From positions 248,001 to 312,000 of the forward strand of contig NIVC01000659.1 of the NCBI GenBank assembly GCA_002269645.1: a DNA stretch of 64,000 nucleotides, read 5' to 3'. Origin of the DNA: Macrostomum lignano. Lineage: Eukaryota. The position numbers and the translations under genes were made by a program. Under the pieces are notes generated by a model. It was not told the origin of the DNA, searched no databases, and worked only from the letters and a program-made list of their open reading frames with translations. Of this stretch, positions 26,101 through 38,135 are shown piece by piece. Positions within the stretch are counted from its first letter, which is position 1. Each line of letters starts with the position of its first letter.

Positions 26101-29100
26101 CATCGTTCAGCACAGACTCTCGACTAGACCGGGAAATCAAGGAGGCCCTGATCACGGACACGCTCAATCTCATCAATGTTGGCGCGGTTGACCGCAAGAA
26201 AGTAATTGAGGAGGAACGCCGAAAGATTCAGGACCGACTTTTCCAGCGGAACAGCAGGAAGGAGACCAAGTGAGTTGCCCCGGCTGAGGCCAGTCTCCCT
26301 TCTGGCAGTCGAATTTGATGATGAAGCTTAGCAAATGGAGAATCCCCATTCGCTGCGGCAGGAACCACTGCTACAGAGCTGCTCTCGGCCATAGACAATA
26401 AAAAATTCGCAATTCCCAGCTGCACCCGGCCATAGACAATAAAAACTCGCAATTCCCAGCTGCACCCGGCCATAGACAATAAAAACTCGCAATTCCCAGC
26501 TGCACCCGGCCATAGACAATAAAACCCGCAATTCCCAGCTGCACCGGCCTTAGACCATAAAAACTCGCAATTCCCAGCTGCACCCGGCCATAGACAATAA
26601 AACTCGCAATTCCCAGCTGCACCCGGCCATAGACAATAAAACCCGCAATTCCCAGCTGCACCCGGCCATAGACAATAAAAACTCGCAATTCCCAGCTGCA
26701 CCCGGCCATAGACAATAAAAACTCGCAATTCCCAGCTGCACCCGGCCATAGACAATAAAAACTCGCAATTCCCAGCTGCACCCGGCCATAGACAATAAAA
26801 ACTCGCACTTCCCAGCTGCACCCGGCCATAGACCATAAAAACTCGCAATTCCCAGCTGCACCCGGCCATAGACAATAAAAACCCGCAATTCCCAGCTGCA
26901 CCCGGCCATAGACCATAAAAAGTCGCAATTCCCAGCTGCACCCGGCCATAGACAATAACAACTCGCACTTCCCAGCTGCACCCGGCCATAGACAATAAAG
27001 TAAAACTCCCCCACAGACTGCAAGCAAAGCAAGCGGCTTAAGGCTGTTCTCTCTGGTTTAAAGTTAAAGTTCTCTTGAATCGAAGAATTTCAAAGCACGA
27101 AAGTTGAATTCTGTCTTCACTTGGGGCAGATTGTGCCGCAGCAAATGAGCATTCTCAACTTACCTGCTAACCTGCTAATTTGGGGCTTGTTTTTACAATA
27201 GTAACAACATGTTTCTCCCAATTTTAAGGAGCGAAATTTACCAACGGGAAAGGTATCATTTTCGATTCAGTTCTTTCGTACAAAGTGTACTTTTATTTTA
27301 TTGCGCTACTTAAACGAGTTTATATCTCTCTACATTGGTATAGAGTATACTGTGAAGCTCATTGTACCATACATTTCACAACATCAATACCCGTGTGATA
27401 TTAACCAAATAAAAATATTAATCTTCAGTTTTAGAGTGGCCTATTATATTTATTGTGCGCTATTGTCTTGCCGCTTATCTTTGTGAAACTGTCATTCAGT
27501 GTGCAATCCAGTGTTTATCTTACCGACTATTGTTGTAATATTGTATTTGTTGCTTTTGTTTAGCAAAATAATTAATTTGAAAAAGTGAGACCCGATCCCA
27601 TGGAACAGTGACAATTTACCAATACAATTAGTGAAAATTTACCGATACAATCGGTGACAAGTTACCAGCCAAATCAGTGACAGTTAAGCAACCAAATCAG
27701 TGACAATTTAACAACCAAGTCAGTGCAAATTCAGACACTGAGAGTTTACCAATTCAGACACTGAGAGTTTATCAATTCAGACACTGAGAGTTTCTCAATT
27801 CAGACACTGAGAGTTTATCAATTCAGACACTGAGAGTTTATCAATTCAGACACTGAGAGTTTACCAATTCAGACACTGAGAGTTTATCAATTCAGACACT
27901 GAGAGTTTACCAATTCAGACAATGAGAGTTTACCAATTCAGACACTGAGAGTTTATCAATTCAGACACTGAGAGTTTACCAATTCAGACACTGAGAGTTT
28001 ATCAATTCAGACACTGAGAGTTTATCAATTCAGACACTGAGAGTTTACCAATTCAGACACTGAGAGTTTACCAATTCAGACACTGAGAGTTTACCAATTC
28101 AGACACTGAGACGTCACTTCGCCAACCCGCACAGGGAGGACCTGGAGAAGGAGGCCGCCAAGTACGCTGAGATTCAAGAGGCCTACGAGCTGCAGCACAT
28201 GGGGAATTTCAGGCGCATCTACCCGGAGCCCACCGATCAGTCGGCACAGAGCGGTCGCTACGCCCGTTTCCTGGCGCAGGGCGGCTTCCTCTACCAGGAG
28301 ACCGCGGCCACGAGAGCTCGGGCGGACTGCGCCAGACAGCAGCGGGAGGAGCTGAGCAGGAAGGCCGCCGGCAGCCAGCTGGGGCCGACAGGTCGACAGC
28401 GCCGAGTCGGTGGCACCGGCGCCGGCGCAGCGGCTCGATCTGAGAGTCCCGACAGACCGACGCTGCGCCGGCCGCAGCAAACCCGATCGAGAGTCCGCCA
28501 ACAGCAGCAGCAGCAGCAGGGAGCAGCTGGCTGTGTCAGAGAGGTTAGTGAGTCGGAGACGACAGTCAGGCCCCGCCTGATGTCGGCACAGAGCGACGAC
28601 CGTCGGCCAGTGAGGGGGGCCGGCAGGCTGACCAGCGCCAGGCCGAGGACCTGCGGCGGCGGCAGCGGCGGCATCGCTTGGCCAGATGAGGTGTCCCATA
28701 TATTCGTCATTTGTGGGGCGACACTCCTGGGAGGCTGGAGTCGAATTCGAATTTGGAATAACCAACTCATTTTTTGCCCTACTAACTGCTCAAGCTGTCT
28801 GAATTGAATCTCACCCATAGATTTGAGAGGCCAACCCTAAATCTCACCCTTAGGTTTGAAAGATCAACCCTAAATCTCACCCTTAGGTTTGAAAGATCAA
28901 CACTAAATCTCATCCTTAGATTTGAAGGATCAACCCTAAATCTCATCCTTAGATTTTAAGGATCAACCCTAAATCTCATCCTTAGATTTTAAGGATCAAC
29001 CCTAAATCTCACCCTTAGGTTTGAAAGATCAACCCTAAATCTCACCCTTAGGTTTGAGAGGCCAACCCTAAATCTCACCCTTAGGTTTGAAAGATCAACC

Positions 29101-32100
29101 CTAAATCTCACCCTTAGGTTTGAAGGATCAACCCTAAATCCCACCCTTAGGTTTGAAAGATCAACCCTAAATCTCACCCTTAGGTTTAAAAGATCAACCC
29201 TAAATCTCATCCTTAGATTTGAAGGATCAACCCTAAATCTCACCCTTAGGTTTAAAAGATCAACCCTAAATCTCACCCTTAGGTTTAAAAGATCAGCCCT
29301 AAATCTCATCCTTAGATTTGAAGGATCAACCCTAAATCTCACCCTTAGGTTTAAAAGATCAACCCTAAATCTCACCCTTAGGTTTAAAAGATCAGCCCTA
29401 AATCTCATCCTTAGATTTGAAGGATCAACCCTAAATCTCACCCTTAGGTTTAAAAGATCAACCCTAAATCTCACCCTTAGGTTTAAAAGATCAACCCTAA
29501 ATCTCACCCTTAGGTTTAAAAGATCAACCCTAAATCTCACCCTTAGGTTTAAAAGATCAACCCTAAATCTCATCCTTAGATTTAAAAGATCAACCCTAAA
29601 TCTCATCCTTAGATTTGAAGGATCAACCCTAAATCTCACCCTTAGATTTGAAGGATCAACCCTAAATCTCACCCTTAGGTTTAAAAGATCAACCCTAAAT
29701 CTCACCCTTAGGTTTAAAAGATCAACCCTAAATCTCACCCTTAGGTTTAAAAGATCAGCCCTAAATCTCATCCTTAGATTTGAAGGATCAACCCTAAATC
29801 TCACCCTTAGGTTTAAAAGATCAACCCTAAATCTCACCCTTAGGTTTAAAAGATCAGCCCTAAATCTCATCCTTAGATTTGAAGGATCAACCCTAAATCT
29901 CACCCTTAGGTTTAAAAGATCAACCCTAAATCTCACCCTTAGGTTTAAAAGATCAACCCTAAATCTCATCCTTAGATTTAAAAGATCAACCCTAAATCTC
30001 ATCCTTAGATTTGAAGGATCAACCCTAAATCTCACCCTTAGATTTGAAGGATCAACCCTAAATCTCACCCTTAGGTTTAAAAGATCAACCCTAAATCTCA
30101 CCCTTAGGTTTAAAAGATCAACCCTAAATCTCACCCTTAGGTTTAAAAGATCAGCCCTAAATCTCATCCTTAGATTTGAAGGATCAACCCTAAATCTCAC
30201 CCTTAGGTTTAAAAGATCAACCCTAAATCTCACCCTTAGGTTTAAAAGATCAGCCCTAAATCTCATCCTTAGATTTGAAGGATCAACCCTAAATCTCACC
30301 CTTACGTTTAAAAGATCAACCCTAAATCTCACCCTTAGGTTTAAAAGATCAACCCTAAATCTCACCCTTAGGTTTAAAAGATCAACCCTAAATCTCATCC
30401 TTAGGTTTAAAAGATCAACCCTAAATCTCACCCTTAGGTTTGAGAGGCCAACCCTAAATCTCACCCTTAGGTTTGAAAGATCAACCCTAAATCTCACCCT
30501 TAGGTTTATAAGATCAACCCTAAATCTCATCCTTTGATTTAAAAGATCAACCCTAAATCTCATCCTTTGATTTAAAAGATCAACCCTAAATCTCATCCTT
30601 AGATTTGAAGGATCAACCCTAAATCTCACCCTTAGATTTGAAGGATCAACCCTAAATCTCACCTTTAGGTTTAAAAGATCAACCCTAAATCTCACCCTTA
30701 GGTTTAAAAGATCAACCCTAAATCTCACCCTTAGGTTTAAAAGATCAGCCCTAAATCTCATCCTTAGATTTGAAGGATCAACCCTAAATCTCACCCTTAG
30801 GTTTAAAAGATCAACCCTAAATCTCACCCTTAGGTTTAAAAGATCAGCCCTAAATCTCATCCTTAGATTTGAAGGATCAACCCTAAATCTCACCCTTACG
30901 TTTAAAAGATCAACCCTAAATCTCACCCTTAGGTTTGAAAGATCAACCCTAAATCTCACCCTTAGGTTTGAGAGGCCAACCCTAAATCTCACCCTTAGGT
31001 TTGAAAGATCAACCCTAAATCTCACCCTTAGGTTTGAAGGATCAACCCTAAATCCCACCCTTAGGTTTGAAAGATCAACCCTAAATCTCACCCTTAGGTT
31101 TAAAAGATCAACCCTAAATCTCATCCTTAGATTTGAAGGATCAACCCTAAATCTCACCCTTAGGTTTAAAAGATCAACCCTAAATCTCATCCTTAGATTT
31201 GAAGGATCAACCCTAAATCTCATTTATAGATTTGAAAGATCAACCCAAAATCTTACTTTTAGATTTGAGAGAACAACCCAAAAATCCCACTAATAGATTT
31301 GAAAGATCAACCCTAAATCTCACTTATAGATTTGAAAAATCAGCCCTAATCTCACCCTTAGATTTGACAGATCAATCCTAAATCTCATCCTTAGATTTGA
31401 AAGAGCAGCCCTAAATCTCATCCTTAGATTTGAAAGAGCAGCCCTAAATCTCATCCTTAGAATTCCAAGGATAAAAGTACAGTTTAAGACCCTGATTAAC
31501 TCCTCAATATTTGCAACCGTTGAAAAGTTGAACTAACCGCCTTTTTCAAACGTTAAAAATCGTCGTTTTTTGCTACTAACAGTAGCGTTATTCCGCTGAA
31601 ATACCGCTTACTGCTGCTGCCGCTGCCGCTGCCGCCGTGCCTACCATGCTTTGCCGATTGTCCTTATTAACAACACAATTGCTCGGCTGCGCTGTTGACT
31701 GCTTTTTTGCTGCTTTTGCTGCCAATAATCTTTTCGTGTTGCCGTGCGATAACAAGAAGCAGGATGTCCAGGACCGGACAGAGTATTTGAGATTGGGTAT
31801 TAGAGATAAATCTCAGGTATTAGAGAGGGGAAACTCGGGTATTATAGACGGGTAATCTTGGGTATTAGAGCCAGGATAATCTTGGGTATTAGAGACGGAG
31901 AATCTTGGGTATTAGAGACGGAGAGTCTTGGGTATTAGAGACGGAGAATCTTGGGTATTAGAGACGGAGAATCTTGGGTATTAGAGACGGAGAATCTTGG
32001 GTATTAGAGCCAGGATAATCTTGGGTATTAGAGACGGAGAATCTTGGGTATTAGAGACGGAGAGTCTTGGGTATTAGAGACGGAGAATCTTGGGTATTAG

Positions 32101-34603
32101 AGACGGAGAATCTTGGGTATTAGAGCCAGGATAATCTTGGGTATTAGAGACGGAGAATCTTGGGTATTAGAGACGGAGAGTCTTGGGTATTAGAGCCAGG
32201 ATAATCTTGGGTATTAGAGACGGAGAATCTTGGGTATTAGAGCCAGGATAATCTTGGGTATTAGAGACGGAGAATCTTGGGTATTAGAGCCAGGATAATC
32301 TTGGGTATTAGAGACGGAGAATCTTGGGTATTAGAGACGGAGAGTCTTGGGTATTAGAGCCAGGATAATCCTGGGTATTAGAGACGGGGTATCTTGGGTG
32401 TTAGAGACGGAGAGTCTTGGGTATTAACAACGGAGAATCTTGGGTATTAGAGACGGGGTATCTTGTTCATTTGAGACGGGGAATCTTGGGTATTAGAGAT
32501 GGGAAATCTTGGGTATTAGAGATGGGAAATCTTGGGTATTAGAGATGGGAAATCTTGGGTATTCGAGATTGGATATTAGAGACTGGGGAATCTAAGGCAT
32601 TAGAGACGGGAAATCTCGGGTATTAGAGGCCGGGGAATCTTTGGTATTATTGAAGTATGGACGGGAAATCTTGGGTTTTATTGGTTAAGATGCTCAATTT
32701 AAACTACTAATAGTAGACTAGCCGTTACAAAATATTTTATAAAGGAAAATATCAAACTAAAATCTCTCCCAGGCTTCGACGCCAATTGTTGACATGCTGA
32801 CGCCGCAGCCAATCATAGACGAGGAGGAGATCGACAGGCTGTCGGGTCTGATGCAGCGGGACAATTTGGTTCGCGGTCTGGGCATTGTGGAGCAGGTGTA
32901 CCGGCTGCTCCACTGTACACCTGGCACCGTGGCCTCAATGCCGGTAGATCCACAGCAGCAGCAGCAGCAACAGAAACAGCAGCAGCAGCAGCAGCCATAC
33001 CAGTCAAGCCTATTAGCGGCAAATAGTCGCTACCTGGACGAGCTGTCGAATCGTTTAGGCGTTGCCATGCTAACCGGAAGTTATGCGGCCGCGGCTGCGG
33101 CAGCCGCTGCAGCGACCAGTGCCGCGGCACCGTCAGGAGCTCTGCAGCAGCAGCAGCAGCAGCAGCGGACTGCAGCCGCCCAGCCGCCAGCTCGGCAGTG
33201 GATGCGACCAGGGAGCCGCCATCATCGACTGGCCTTTGGTCAGCGGGTTGGCAGCGACTACGGCTCGGCTGGCAAGGCCCGCAGCTACGGTGGGGAGGGG
33301 CTGTTGATGGCCTTGGAGAGACTGGGGAATCTTGGGTATTAGAGACTGGGGAATCCTAGGTATTAGAGACTGGGGAATCTTGGGTATTAGAGACTGGGGA
33401 ATCCTGGGTATTAGAGACGGGGAATCTTGGGTATTAGAGACTGGGGAATCTTGCGTATTAGAGACTGGGGAATCTTGCGTATTAGAGACAGGGGAATCTT
33501 AGGTATTAGGGACGGGAGAATCTTGGGTATTAAAAACGGGGAATTTTGGGTATCAGGAACGGGAAGTCTTGAGTATAAGAGACGTGGAATCTTGGGTACT
33601 AGAAACGGGGAATCTTGGGTATTAGGGACTGGGGAATCTTGGGAATCAGGGACGGGGAATCTTGGGTATTAGAGACGTGGAATCTTGGGTACTAGAAACG
33701 GGGAATCTTGGGTATTAGAGACTAGGGAATCTTGGGTATTAGAGACAGGGGAATCTTGGGTGTTAGAGACAGAGGAATCTCGGGTATTAGAGACTGGGGA
33801 ATCTTGGGTATTAGAGACGGGGAATCTTGGGTATTAGAGACTGGGTAATCTTGCGTATTAGAGACTGGGGAATCTTGCGTATTAGAGACTGGGGAATCTT
33901 GGGTATTAGAGACAGGGGAATCTTAGGTATTAGGGACGGGAGAATCTTGGGTACTAGAAAGGGGAATCTTGGGTGTTAAAGACTGGGGAATCTTGGGTAT
34001 TAGAGACTGGGGAATCTTGGGTATTAGAGACTGGGGAATCCTGGGTGTTAGGGGCGGGGAATCCTGGGTAGTAGAGACGGGAAATATTGGGTATTAGGGA
34101 CGGGGAATCCTGGGTATTGAGGACGGGGAATCCTGGGTATTAGAGACGGGAAATCTTGGGTATTAGGGGTGGGGAATCCTGGGTAGTAGAGACGGGAAAT
34201 ATTGGGTATTAGGGACGAGGAATCCTGGGTCGGAGTCGTGTAAGCAGGTATCTCAGTCAGTGGCAATCTGACTAACCCAGCTCGGCAATCTCAAACCCCG
34301 ACAGGACCGGCGAAGCTTGGTCAGTATGGAGTCAGACAGCAGCAGCAGCAACAGCAGCAGTTCGTCTTGGGTAGCGGCCTATCAGCAGCGAGTCTGTCCG
34401 TGATGTCAGCCCCAATGGCTGGCCGTCCAGTTGAAGACAACGCTGCACATCAGCAGCTGGGCGGTGGCGGCGGCATGCAGACTGGCAAGCGGCTGCCGAA
34501 GCAGCTGCCGGCCAAGGTGGCACCTGCTGGACGGCGAGTTGGCAGCGGCGGCGACGGAGGGAACGGTCCGACTGTTGGCAGTTCGGCGATCCTGCTGCGA
34601 TGA
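21529..34603 (+). CDS. TTLL6: Tubulin polyglutamylase TTLL6/TTLL13-like, 11 coding exons
   Basis: Exons 21529-22076, 22259-22299, 22391-22509, 22920-23053, 23388-23544, 23740-23883, 24013-24101, 25862-26269, 28135-28690, 32773-33289 and 34281-34603, all GT-AG with matching phases. TTL motifs: [86 protein letters not shown]. The last three exon boundaries are less certain, and TTLL6 versus TTLL13 cannot be resolved by eye. Confidence 0.92.
22566..22624. mobile_element. 59-bp micro-MITE-like hairpin, CCATAGACA...TGTCTATGG
   Basis: 9-bp inverted termini; the same termini occur at 9179-9236. Confidence 0.5.
23113..23357. repeat. (GACA)n plus (ACTAAGAC)n compound microsatellite in a TTLL intron
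   Basis: Direct inspection. Confidence 0.9.
23632..23710. repeat. 22-bp tandem repeat (ATCCATATTGACTAGATTAGCA), ~4 copies
   Basis: Direct inspection. Confidence 0.85.
24102..25790. repeat. G-rich ~21-25-bp minisatellite (GGGGAAATGGGATCGGTGTGTGT) filling a TTLL intron
   Basis: Direct inspection; it starts at the splice donor. Confidence 0.95.
26387..27000. repeat. ~40-bp minisatellite (GGCCATAGACAATAAAAACTCGCAATTCCCAGCTGCACCC), ~15 copies
   Basis: Direct inspection. Confidence 0.95.
27735..28110. repeat. 23-bp minisatellite (CAATTCAGACACTGAGAGTTTAY)
   Basis: Direct inspection. Confidence 0.95.
28810..31460. repeat. 33-bp minisatellite (CCCTAAATCTCACCCTTAGGTTTAAAAGATCAA), ~80 copies, with higher-order structure
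   Basis: Direct inspection; the 11-aa periodic antisense ORF is an artefact. Confidence 0.97.
31790..32620. repeat. 23-bp minisatellite (CTTGGGTATTAGAGACGGAGAAT)
   Basis: Direct inspection. Confidence 0.93.
33320..34230. repeat. 23-24-bp minisatellite (CTTGGGTATTAGAGACTGGGGAAT), same family as 31790-32620
   Basis: Direct inspection. Confidence 0.93.
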
Positions 34604-34694
34604 CCTTCGATAGAGCAAAGGTTTTGACTGCGTAATCAGGTTGAAATACTCTAAAAATCGATTTTTCGCTATACAAACTCAAGCAACAGATCTG

Positions 34695-35450
34695 TGTCAG
34701 GTGAGTGCTGACTTATAGTGTCAGGCGAGTGCTGACTTATAGTGTCAGGCGAGTGCTGACTTATAGTGTCAGGTGAAAAGGGGGGCCGTAGCCCAGCGGT
34801 AGCGCAGCTGCTCTGGTGTGCCAGCGACCCAGGCTCGATTCCAAGTGCAGTCACATTAATTTGGGGCTGAATTGGAATCTTGGCTTGGCTCTGATCGTGC
34901 AATTAACGGCCTTGAGAGCCAACCCCCCAAGGCGCAGTGAAGTGTACATACCTAACGATAAAATAAAGTTAGGGCCGCTGTGCACTCCTGTGTGAGTGTG
35001 TGCCTGCGTACGTATCCGCGCGCTTGTATGCCTGCTCAGGGGAGTCGGCGGAATGGGCAGTAATGCCTCTCGCCGGTTGTGTGCCAATGTCGCTTAAAGT
35101 GCGCCAGGGTGCACACAAACCTTCTGCCTCTAATAAATAGTGTCAGGTGAGTGCTGATTAAAGTGTGTCATGTGGGTGCTGATTTAGTGTGTCAGGTGAG
35201 TGCTGATTTATAGTGTCAGGTGAGTGCTGATTTAGTGTGTCAGGTGAGTGCTGACTTATGGTGTCAGGCGAGTGCTGATTTAGTGTGTCAGGTGAGTGCT
35301 GACTTATGGTGTCAGGCGAGTGCTGATTTAGAGTGTTAGGTGAGTGCTGATTTAGAGTGTCAGGTGAGTGCTGATTTATAGTGTCAGGCGAGTACCGATT
35401 TAGAGTGTCAGGTGGGTGCTGATTTAGAGTGTCAGGTGGGTGCTGATTTC
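34695..35450. repeat. 22-24-bp minisatellite (AGTGTCAGGTGAGTGCTGAYTT) interrupted by a SINE
   Basis: Units lie on both sides of the SINE. Confidence 0.9.
34777..35136 (+). mobile_element. tRNA-derived SINE, copy 2 (most intact)
   Basis: A-box TAGCCCAGCGG, B-box GGCTCGATTCC, TAATAA tail; 14-bp flanking duplication ATAGTGTCAGGTGA (34763-34776 and 35137-35150). Confidence 0.88.
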
Positions 35451-36137
35451 AATTATAAGGATATAAGCATTGTGTAGCAATTCAACTAGATAGCAAGGCA
35501 ATTTCCTGTGTTATTTAGTCGACTATTATGCATGCAGCTACTTGTAAAATGTACTTTTTTATTAATCAGTTCGAGTCTGTTGACATGCAGATTGTTTCTT
35601 TCTAATTTGAGTGTCACTTTTTGTTATTTGCAACGCAGATAAGAGTTGAAAAGATGACAATAATTTTTTCGTTTGGCTAAACTGGCACGAGTTTAAATCA
35701 TAGATTTCTACGAAATGCGCCAACTTGGCTATAATGATGTATTTTCCTATGTCAGTCAGAGTGAACTCAAGCTGTGCCACTTTAAATTTCTTTCTTTCAA
35801 GTCTTTGACAAACACGAAAACTGCACAGGAAATATATAAATATTGTCATTGCCAGAGCTGCACCAGTTTATATGATTGCTGTAGTTTTTATTTTGCATTC
35901 TGCTAATAACCAGTTGAAAACTTTTGGACTCCGTTTTGTTTGTAAACTTAAACTGAGTATAGAAAACAATCAGCATTGTAGCTTTGAGCTTTAAGGCCCC
36001 TCTAAATGTACTATACCCAGGCACGCACTCATACACACGCTCGCACAGGATGTACAGCGGTCTGACCGGACTTTCTAACTGCCAAGAATGTAGCTCGTAC
36101 ACTCTCTGTCTTGTGGGTTGGAATCCCGAATGATCCG

Positions 36138-37545
36138 GATCCAGACACAATGCAGAGCCAGTTACCAGATCCAGACACAATGCAGAGTCAGCTACCAGAT
36201 CCAGACACAATGAAGAGTCAGCTACCAGATCCAGACACAATGAAGACTCGTTACCAGATCCAGACACAATGAAGTCAGTTACCAGATCCAGACACAATGA
36301 AGAGTCAGCTAACAGATCCAGACAATGAAGAGTCAGCTACCAGATCCAGACACAATGAAGAGTCAGCTAACAGATCCAGACACAATGAAGAGTCAGCTAC
36401 CAGATCCAGACACAATGAAGAGTCAGCTACCAGATCCAGACACAATGCAGAGTCAGCTACCAGATCCAGACACAATGAAGAGTCAGTTACCAGATCCAGA
36501 CACAATGAAGAGTCAGCTACCAGATCCAGACACAATGCAGAGTCAGCTACCAGATCCAGATACAATGAAATCAGTTACCAGATCCAGACACAATGCAGAG
36601 TCAGCTACCAGATCCAGACACAATGAAGAGTCAGCTACCAGATCCAGACACAATGCAGAGTCAGCTACCAGATCCAGATACAATGAAGAGTCAGCTACCA
36701 GATCCAGACACAATGAAGAGTCAGCTACCAGATCCAGACACAATGAAGGGTCAGCTACCAGATCCAGACACAATGAAGAGTCAGCTACCAGATCCAGACA
36801 CAATGAAGAGTCAGCTACCAGATCCAGACACAATGCAGAGTCAGCTACCAGATCCAGACACAATGAAGAGTCAGCTACCAGATCCAGACACAATGAAGAG
36901 TCAGCTACCAGATCCAGACACAATGAAGGGTCAGCTACCAGATCCAGACACAATGAAGGGTCAGCTACCAGATCCAGACACAATGCAGAGTCAGCTACCA
37001 GATCCAGACACAATGAAGAGTCAGCTACCAGATCCAGACACAATGAAGACTCGTTACCAGATCCAGACACAATGAAGACTCGTTACCAGATCCAGACACA
37101 ATGAAGAGCCAGTTACCAGATCAAGACACAATGAAGACTCGTTACCAGATCCAGACACAATGAAGACTCGTTACCAGATCCAGACACAATGAAGAGCCAG
37201 TTACCAGATCCAGACACAATGAAGACTCGTTACCAGATCCAGACACAATGAAGAGCCAGTTACCAGATCCAGACACAATGAATACTCGTTACCAGATCCA
37301 GACACAATGAAGACTCGTTACCAGATCCAGACACAATGAAGACTCGTTACCAGATCCAGACACAATGAAGAGCCAGTTACCAGATCCAGACACAATGAAT
37401 ACTCGTTACCAGATCCAGACACAATGAAGACTCGTTACCAGATCCAGACACAATGAAGAGCCAGTTACCAGAACCAGACACAATGAAGAGCCAGTTACCA
37501 GATGCAGACACAATGAAGAGCCAGTTACCAGACACAGACACACAA
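36138..37545. repeat. 30-bp minisatellite (CAGATCCAGACACAATGAAGAGTCAGCTAC) between the convergent TTLL and SEC13 3' ends
   Basis: Direct inspection. Confidence 0.96.
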
Positions 37546-38135
37546 ACACTGAATTATATTGATTACCAGTTAACCAGTTACAAACTAATTCAGACAGTAA
37601 ACTCCAGTGAGGTTAAGCATTACGGCAATGATTCTGCCATTGCCGAATACAGAATTAATCATACAGGCAACAGTTTGAATATAATTCATATATATGGACT
37701 TTTGCGCGCCGGTTCACTTAGCTATAATATTTTTTCAAAGACAATAAGGACGAGCTATCAGTCAGTAAGTCAGTTTCCACTTGACAGAAGTAAACAATGG
37801 TTTAACAGCAACAGGCACATAACAACCGAAACCAGTGAAACAGAGAGATAAGAAATTGACAAGTTACAGCGATAATAGAGCAAGTGGCCTGACCTCATGA
37901 CTAATTATTAATTAAAGATATTTTCAAATTTATTATACTACTAACAATCAGATGCTCATTAAGTAGTATTAATAGCTTTACGATTAATACGATACAAATA
38001 ATGCAACATTCGAGTCTAACATCTTATATTCTAAGCATTGCATTAGTAAATTAATTAAAACTTCGTCGGGTGTTGATAATATAATAAGCAAACAAATAAT
38101 TAGCCTTAGCCTGTGGCAGTTCTGAAGCTCGGCAA

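Noticed and set aside
28989-31223. 744-aa Arg-rich ORF ([11 protein letters not shown])n
   Set aside because: It arises because a 33-bp unit lacks stops in one frame; it is antisense within a TTLL intron, with no unique N- or C-terminal sequence.
28810-31460. Interstitial telomeric repeat
   Set aside because: Only one CCCTAA per 33-bp unit, never tandem.
31575-31790. GC-richer island in a TTLL intron that might be an extra exon
   Set aside because: No acceptor/donor pair gives an open, phase-0 exon, and the flanking exons already join in frame.
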